Below are positions 36,895 through 43,034 of a stretch of 43,034 nt of DNA, piece by piece (position 1 is the stretch's first letter; each line of letters opens with the position of its first letter). Below the pieces are notes generated by a model. That model ran no database searches, was not told the origin of the DNA, and worked only from the letters and a program-made list of their open reading frames with translations. The DNA comes from Eubacteriales bacterium (GTDB lineage Bacteria; Bacillota; Clostridia; Oscillospirales; CAG-272). The stretch lies in assembly GCA_045614425.1 (NCBI GenBank), contig JAZLCX010000033.1:1-43034 (forward strand), given 5' to 3'. A program made the translations under genes and the position numbers.

Positions 36895-39258
36895 ATGTTC
36901 TTATCTATGAATTGGATCGGAGATTTCGTTGACCTCTCCGGACTTGATAAAAAGGCGCTTATACACAATTTCACACTCTCAACCGCCGAGGTTGAGGATA
37001 TAATCGTAAAAGGCGAGGACACCTTCGGCGTTGTCGTTGCCAAAATTCTCTCCGTTGAGAATCACCCCACCTCTAAAAAGCTCCATCTTCTTAAGGTGGA
37101 CAAGGGTGATGAGGTCGTTGATATCGTCTGCGGCGCTCCCAACGTAAGAGAGGGAATGAAGGTTGCGCTTGCTACCTCGGGTGGCTCGGTATCGGGACAC
37201 CCCATTGCCCCCGCAACGATTGCCGGCTACACCTCATACGGTATGTGCTGCTCGGAGGCAGAGCTCGGAATCAGCGACGATAACTCGGGAATCTGGGAGA
37301 TTTCTGACGATATTCCGCTCGGCACGGACATCAAATCGGTATACGGCATTGACGATATAATTTTTGAGGTTGACAACAAGTCCCTCACTAACCGTCCCGA
37401 CCTCTGGAGTCACTACGGAATTGCCCGTGAGTTTGCGACGATAACAGGAAGAGAGCTTAAGCCTGTTCCTTCGGTCGACCTCTCTGAGTATGCCAATCTT
37501 CCTTCCGTAGAAATAAATGTAAAGGCTACCGACCTCGCTTATCGCTACTCGGCAATAAAGGTAGAAAATATAACCCGCAAGGTAAGCCCCGTAAATATGC
37601 GCATCCGCCTTTACTACTGCGGCTCGCGCGCTATCAACTTCCTTGCCGACCTTACCAACTACGTAATGATGGAGGTAGGTCAGCCGATGCACGCCTTCGA
37701 CTTGAAGAAGGTTGATAAGATAGAGGTGCAGACCTTTAATTCGGGCCTTAAATTTACCACCCTCGACGGTGTAGAGCGCGATATTGACGAAAATATGCTC
37801 ATGATAACCTCGGGTGATGTTCCCGTAGCAATCGCCGGAGTAATGGGCGGCGACGCCTCTAAAATTGAGGATGACACCGATTCGCTTCTTCTTGAATCGG
37901 CTACCTTCGACGGAGTATCCGTCAGAAAAACGACCACTCGCCTCGGTCTTCGCACCGATGCTTCAATGAGATATGAAAAGATGCTTGACCCACAGCTCTG
38001 CCAAATAGCCACCGAGCGTCTTTTAAAGCTCTTATTCGACTGTGATGGCGGGGCGAGGGTAATCTCTTCCTTCACAGACGCCTACGTAAAGCACTATCCC
38101 ACGATAGTACTCGACTTTGACAAGAAGTACGTTGACCGTTACACCGGTATTGACATTCCCGTTGAAACCATTGTAAAAACTCTCACGGGTCTTGGCTTCG
38201 GTGTTGTTCGCGACGGCGACAGCTTCAAGGTTACCGTTCCCTCGTGGCGCGCTACGAAGGACGTAACGATAAAGGCGGATATCATCGAGGAGATAACAAG
38301 AATTTACGGCTACGACAACTTTGAGATTTTCACCTCAAACAGCCCGCTTCTGCCGGTTCGCGAGGAAATTCTCAAATCCGATGAGGACAGAATCAAGGAC
38401 ATCCTTGTAAAGAGCTACCGTCTGCACGAGGTACATTCTTATATCTGGTCTGACTCGCAGAAGAACCGCGAGCTTGGAATTGAAACTCCCGAGAACGTGA
38501 AGATTATAAACGCGCAGACACCCGACCACAAATATCTCAGAAAATCAATGATACCCACTCTTCTTTCCTTTGTAAAGGAGAATAAGGGCTATCTTGACAC
38601 CTTCGGCATGTTTGAAATCGGACACACCGTCGACGGACTCAGAGAGGACGGAACCTGCAAGGAGGAAAACAAGCTTGGCTGTGTTCTCTTCTCAAAGACC
38701 GAGAGCGAAGAATCTCTCTTCATGCGCGCACGCGACATCGTAAGCGAGCTTGTCGCAGATATTCTTCATAAGAAGGCAACCTTCATTGATGCTGAGCGCG
38801 AGTATGATTTCGAGCACCCCGTAAACAGCTTTAAGATTTCGGTTGGCGACACTGTTATAGGATACATTTCCGTACCTCATCCCGTAGTTAACCGCAATAT
38901 AGACAAGAAATGCGCGGTTGCATTCTTCGAGATTCTCACCGAGAAATTCGCTTCTGTAAAGGCTGAGGTTACTGCATACCGCGAGCCCTCTAAGTTCCCG
39001 GCGATAGATATCGATATAACCTTTAACGCCGACATTTCCGGTATAGTCTTCGACAAGCTCGTGTGTGACGCCAAGTGCGCTGCGGGCGATATACTTTCCG
39101 ACGTTAAGGTAAAGGATATATACACGGCTGACGGAGCGACATCGCTCACTCTCCGTTTCTCCTTCGTATCAAACGAGCGTACCCTCTCAAAGCAGGAGCT
39201 TATGCCCACTATTGAGAAGATAGTTTCGGCGATAGGACTTACTCAGCAAACAACTTAA
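36895..39258 (+). CDS. pheT: Phenylalanine-tRNA ligase beta subunit
   Basis: IVCGAPN, GMCCS..ELG, NRPDL, GQPMHAFD, DIIEEITRIYGYD, C-terminal SKFPAID.DI domain. Confidence 0.96.
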   Translation: MFLSMNWIGDFVDLSGLDKKALIHNFTLSTAEVEDIIVKGEDTFGVVVAKILSVENHPTSKKLHLLKVDKGDEVVDIVCGAPNVREGMKVALATSGGSVSGHPIAPATIAGYTSYGMCCSEAELGISDDNSGIWEISDDIPLGTDIKSVYGIDDIIFEVDNKSLTNRPDLWSHYGIAREFATITGRELKPVPSVDLSEYANLPSVEINVKATDLAYRYSAIKVENITRKVSPVNMRIRLYYCGSRAINFLADLTNYVMMEVGQPMHAFDLKKVDKIEVQTFNSGLKFTTLDGVERDIDENMLMITSGDVPVAIAGVMGGDASKIEDDTDSLLLESATFDGVSVRKTTTRLGLRTDASMRYEKMLDPQLCQIATERLLKLLFDCDGGARVISSFTDAYVKHYPTIVLDFDKKYVDRYTGIDIPVETIVKTLTGLGFGVVRDGDSFKVTVPSWRATKDVTIKADIIEEITRIYGYDNFEIFTSNSPLLPVREEILKSDEDRIKDILVKSYRLHEVHSYIWSDSQKNRELGIETPENVKIINAQTPDHKYLRKSMIPTLLSFVKENKGYLDTFGMFEIGHTVDGLREDGTCKEENKLGCVLFSKTESEESLFMRARDIVSELVADILHKKATFIDAEREYDFEHPVNSFKISVGDTVIGYISVPHPVVNRNIDKKCAVAFFEILTEKFASVKAEVTAYREPSKFPAIDIDITFNADISGIVFDKLVCDAKCAAGDILSDVKVKDIYTADGATSLTLRFSFVSNERTLSKQELMPTIEKIVSAIGLTQQTT

Positions 39259-39264
39259 CGAAAC

Positions 39265-39303
39265 AAAAAAGTGGTGAGAACAAAAATGTTCTCGCCACTT
39301 TTT
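39265..39303. terminator. Bidirectional terminator after pheT
   Basis: AAAAAGTGGTGAGAAC/GTTCTCGCCACTTTTT. Confidence 0.8.
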
Positions 39304-39324
39304 ATATAAAAAATATAACACGGG

Positions 39325-40899
39325 TTACGGAATTATTCCGTCGGGTATCATTCCCGATTCCATATACTCGAGGTATGCATCGTAGTAAGAGAAAATGATA
39401 TTCGAAGCTTCGCGGTCACCGATTTCGCTGATATCGCTGAAATTATCCGCAACATATTTCGCCATGCCGTCCACTATTTCTTCGTCAAGAGAAATATCGT
39501 TGTTCTTTAAGACTGTATCAAGAGCCGATGAAATCTCCTCTACGTATTCTTCCTCGGTCTCGTAGTCGGATTTTTCTATTGAAAGAACGTCGGAATTTAT
39601 AGCATTTTTTATGTTTTCGTAGGTGTCGGCGGCGTCCTCGCTTATACCCGACTTGTCAGCCATCACGGTCACGGAAATTTTTGCAAGTATGGATTTTAAA
39701 GGTGCTGTACGCTCGTTTGCATCTATTACCGAAATGACTTTAGATACGGCAGTGCTTCCGTCGTCATCGCGGCTCGTAAGTGCTGAAAGCATAGCGTCCG
39801 AACCCTTATCGAAGGATTCTAAAACACCCTCGTCGGAGAGAATGAAGAGAACGTCTCTCATAGTTTTTATATCGTTACATATATTCGCCTCGTTTGAGGT
39901 CGTGAAAATCGATATTGCCGCCTCAGCGAAGGGGAAGAGCGGCTCTCCGATTGGAAGATCGATTTTTCCGTCCTCATAGGAATCGGCGACGGATTTAACC
40001 GTTGCGGCAGCTAAATTACGGTAATAAGGATTGTTTTCAAGTACAGCGATTATTTCATTTATTGCCGCCTTGTCGTCTTCGGTCAGTAAATCAAAATCAG
40101 CGCCTTTTATACGGGCGAGATTTACAAGAAGAGAAGCGCCGTCATCAATTATATTTTTTGTAGGAAGCTCTTTTCCGTCTATGCCGGGATTTGAAATTCC
40201 GCGGTATATCGCATCGATGCCGAATTTCTCAAGCGACGTTATTGCCGAGTTTTCGGTAACGCTTTTCAAATAAGTGTCATAGGCGTTGTTTACGCGGACT
40301 GTAATGCTTTCTCCGGGGGCTTTTTCGTTAACTGCACGTACTGCATCTCTTGCCAGTGAGGATACACCGACAATCGGCGTAAGAATAACCGCCGACACGA
40401 AGAGAGCCTGTATTACACCGAGGAATGCTCCGAGAACACGCATAACCAAAGTGTTTCTGTGTGAACGGAATCCGCAAATCGCGCAAACTATTTTGTGCGC
40501 AATAATGAGAAGAGAAGAGAAAAAGATAAACGTTACAACGAAAATACAGGGTATTACGAAGAAGGTAGAGGGAAACTCGAGCAGAAGCGCCGTGACATCC
40601 GTGCCGAATAATGATAAGAGGTCGGAAACCCGTGTGAAAATTCCGAGTCTTACAAGAAGAGCGCCGAGAGTTGAAGCGCCTCTTGTGCATAAAACGGCGT
40701 CGATGTATCCGTATGCCGCCAAAACCAAGGTATAGCTTAAAAGAAGGGAGAGGATTACCGTGGTGAATCTGACTGTCTGACGAAGAAATCCGCGCCAGAG
40801 TCCCACTATCGCGCCAAATAGCGCAAGTACTGCGATAAAGGCGTAAATCAGCGGCGAAAGATTAAGCACTCCAACTGCAAGGTGCGTACCAAGGCTCAT
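39325..40899 (-). CDS. Membrane protein with CvpA-like N-terminus and acidic helical C-terminal region
   Basis: GAIVGLWRGF and RVLGAFLG motifs; GGAGGG RBS and upstream minus-strand promoter. Confidence 0.7.
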   Translation of the reverse strand: MSLGTHLAVGVLNLSPLIYAFIAVLALFGAIVGLWRGFLRQTVRFTTVILSLLLSYTLVLAAYGYIDAVLCTRGASTLGALLVRLGIFTRVSDLLSLFGTDVTALLLEFPSTFFVIPCIFVVTFIFFSSLLIIAHKIVCAICGFRSHRNTLVMRVLGAFLGVIQALFVSAVILTPIVGVSSLARDAVRAVNEKAPGESITVRVNNAYDTYLKSVTENSAITSLEKFGIDAIYRGISNPGIDGKELPTKNIIDDGASLLVNLARIKGADFDLLTEDDKAAINEIIAVLENNPYYRNLAAATVKSVADSYEDGKIDLPIGEPLFPFAEAAISIFTTSNEANICNDIKTMRDVLFILSDEGVLESFDKGSDAMLSALTSRDDDGSTAVSKVISVIDANERTAPLKSILAKISVTVMADKSGISEDAADTYENIKNAINSDVLSIEKSDYETEEEYVEEISSALDTVLKNNDISLDEEIVDGMAKYVADNFSDISEIGDREASNIIFSYYDAYLEYMESGMIPDGIIP

Positions 40900-41011
40900 A
40901 TAGTCCCTCCTTTTGCGTAAATTAAATATCTAGATATATAATAGCAGAAAATAAACGGTTTGTCAATTAAGTACGGATATAAAATAAACGAAAATTAAGC
41001 GAAAATGACAA

Positions 41012-41575
41012 TTAAAGTTTGCATTTTGCGGAGTTATTTTTCTTTATTTCCCAAACCTTGAGCACTGTAATCTGGGTTTTTGCGTCGGCAATTTCACCGC
41101 GCATTACCATTTCGTAAAGTTCATCAAGCCCGACTGCCTCGATTTCAAGGAATTCGTCCTCGTCAAGCTCGGTTTCGGTGAAGGAAAGCTCTTCGGCGAG
41201 GTACATCTGTATTTTTTCACCGAGTATCGCGGGCGAGGGTATCATCTCGCCGAGATAGGTGTATTTTTCGGCTACCGCACCCGTTTCTTCACGAAGCTCT
41301 CTTTTTGCCGCTTCAAGAGGGTCCTCACCCTTGTAATTCAGCTTTCCCGCCGGTATTTCAAAAAACACTCTTCCGTGGGCGTATCTGAACTGCCGCTCCA
41401 TTATAACTCTTCCGTCAGGCAGAAGGGGGAGAACGCAAACAGCCCCCAAGTGCTGACAAAATTCGCGCGTGGAGGTCTTTCCGTTAGGCAGCAATACCGT
41501 GTCCGAAACAACGTTCAGCACACGTCCCTTGTATATCTCTTTTCTTTCTATTCTTTTTTCTTCAAGGTTTTTCAT
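41012..41575 (-). CDS. nudF: Nudix hydrolase, ADP-ribose pyrophosphatase
   Basis: RQFRY, EIPAGK, Nudix box GEDPLEAAKRELREETG, DEDEFLE, IADAKT. Confidence 0.88.
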   Translation of the reverse strand: MKNLEEKRIERKEIYKGRVLNVVSDTVLLPNGKTSTREFCQHLGAVCVLPLLPDGRVIMERQFRYAHGRVFFEIPAGKLNYKGEDPLEAAKRELREETGAVAEKYTYLGEMIPSPAILGEKIQMYLAEELSFTETELDEDEFLEIEAVGLDELYEMVMRGEIADAKTQITVLKVWEIKKNNSAKCKL

Positions 41576-41947
41576 TTTAATCTCCATTCCGCAGCCAAAG
41601 AGAGCAGCACAAATTTGATGCACGAACGCATAAATTCTATTTTGATATTAGTTTTCGCGCAGTCTCAATAATATTATATTTTGCAAGTTAATATAAAAAA
41701 CTCGGCGCAAGGCCGAGATAACGCTTAAAATTAACTGTTGAAAACACACTACATATATTATTCTATCATACTTTAACCGCTGTGTCAATAAAAATGAAGT
41801 AAAAGCGGTCAATATTTACAGTGTGTACATATTTAACAAAAAAATATCAGAAATTTCAAGAAAACTGTTTACATTTCACAAAAACCGTGCTATAATATAG
41901 GTGCAGACGGAAAAATCCGGCTGAAACAGAGGAAAGGATATACCCTA

Positions 41948-42475
41948 ATGAAAATCACGATTTACGGAAAACAGATGACAGTACGAGAGAGTCTGAAGTC
42001 GCTCGTCGAAAAAAAGCTTCGCAAATTCGACAAATTTTTCGGCGAAGAAACCGAAGCGTTTGTAACCTGTAAGGCTCGAAAGGGAGTAAAGATTATCGAA
42101 ATTACCGTAAATTACGGCGGGGCGACGTTTCGCTCGGAGGAGGAGAGCGAAACCTTTATTACAGCCCTTGACCGAGCTGTAGAAGGACTTGAGAGGCAGA
42201 TAAGAAAGAACAAAACAAGACTTGAGAAGACGGTAAAGCGCGGTGCGTTCGTATCGGTTGACGATGATGACGATGACGAGTACGAGGAGGAAACCGAATT
42301 TGAGATAAGAGTCAAGAGCTTTCCGTTCAAGCCGATGACAGCGGAGGAAGCGATACTTCAGATGAACCTTCTCGGACACGCATTCTTCGCCTTCACCGAT
42401 GCCGAAACCGAGGACGTGTGCGTAGTTTATAAGCGCAAGGACGGAAACTACGGACTTATAGTACCCGCGAAATAA
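41948..42475 (+). CDS. hpf: Ribosome hibernation promoting factor (long HPF/RaiA)
   Basis: LERQIRKNKTRL and C-terminal KPMTAEEAILQMNLLGHAFFAF...VVYKRKDGNYGLI. Confidence 0.95.
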   Translation: MKITIYGKQMTVRESLKSLVEKKLRKFDKFFGEETEAFVTCKARKGVKIIEITVNYGGATFRSEEESETFITALDRAVEGLERQIRKNKTRLEKTVKRGAFVSVDDDDDDEYEEETEFEIRVKSFPFKPMTAEEAILQMNLLGHAFFAFTDAETEDVCVVYKRKDGNYGLIVPAK

Positions 42476-42656
42476 CTTTTCCCGTTTGGGATAGACATAA
42501 AGAGTCGGAAAAGGAGATAAATTATGGAGATACGCCGAAAATAAACTTGACACGGGTGTGAGTGCTTCGGCATTCTCGTCCCGGCCGTATGGCAAAAGGA
42601 AACGAAGCAGGCGGAAAAGCCTGATAAATCTCTTCTTCAGGTATAATTAAAAAACG

Positions 42657-42682
42657 GGGGCGCTGTGTACACACAGCGCCCC
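42657..42682. terminator. Hairpin terminator between convergent hpf and rnc
   Basis: GGGGCGCTGTGT/ACACAGCGCCCC, with an A run on the left (T tract on minus strand). Confidence 0.75.
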
Positions 42683-42705
42683 TATTCATCTGCACAAGTA
42701 AAAAA

Positions 42706-43034
42706 TTAGTTGTTCTCTTCGGCAATGAGAGCCTTGAGGGCTGTCTCCGCAGCCATACCGTCGGCAAGCTTTTGATTTTTTCCGCAGCCTATGCCGTAAA
42801 TTTTGTCACCGATGTAGCAGGCGCGCTCGTAGGTCTTCTTGTGGTCGGGGCCGGATTCGGACAGAGTTTTATACACGGGCGGCTCTCTTCTGTGCTTTTT
42901 GTCAGCGCACCACTCCTGAAGAGCGTTCTTGTAGCTTTGAATCGGGGGTTTGTTTTCAGTAAGATAGTCCTTGACGTCAAGCATCCTCGCAACCGAGCCT
43001 ATAACGGTTTGCATATCTCTGTCGCTATCAATAT
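42706..43034 (-). CDS. rnc: Ribonuclease III, C-terminal dsRBD (5' part outside window)
   Basis: YKNALQE...P.Y....ESGPDHKK...GIGCGKNQK.A...AA..AL dsRBD; frame is open to the window edge. Confidence 0.85.
   Translation of the reverse strand, partial: IDSDRDMQTVIGSVARMLDVKDYLTENKPPIQSYKNALQEWCADKKHRREPPVYKTLSESGPDHKKTYERACYIGDKIYGIGCGKNQKLADGMAAETALKALIAEENN

Overview
A 43-kb stretch of chromosome from a Clostridia-like Firmicute (inferred from gene content, the T-box and lysine riboswitches, and canonical TTGACA-17-TATAAT promoters). Most of it is housekeeping: tRNA-Cys, acyltransferase, cation antiporter, tcdA-nagA, comM-like ATPase, T-box-controlled stand-alone trpB, copper P1B-ATPase, a Re-citrate synthase/GntR/aconitase/IDH operon, lysine riboswitch-dapA-dapB-ddh-lysA, perR-rubrerythrin, secG-rnr, tadA, rimM-trmD, HPr, uvrC-rsmD-coaD, pheST, nudF, hpf and the 3' end of rnc. 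The most unusual element lies between coaD and pheS. After an XRE / TM2 / DUF2752 module sits a tandem array (34974-35737) of three ~250-bp cassettes. Each has a near-identical frame (own extended -10 sigma-A promoter upstream, conserved spacer downstream) around a ~105-110-nt non-coding, structured, terminator-ended payload. Payloads 1 and 3 are homologous with compensatory changes and predicted pseudoknots; payload 2 is unrelated. Also notable: structured repeats downstream of tRNA-Cys that carry a split copy of its T-arm/3' end, a Trp-containing mini-ORF between the T-box and trpB, and an internal RBS+ATG that could produce a free CopZ from the copA 3' end. All calls are by eye; no database searches or folding programs were run.
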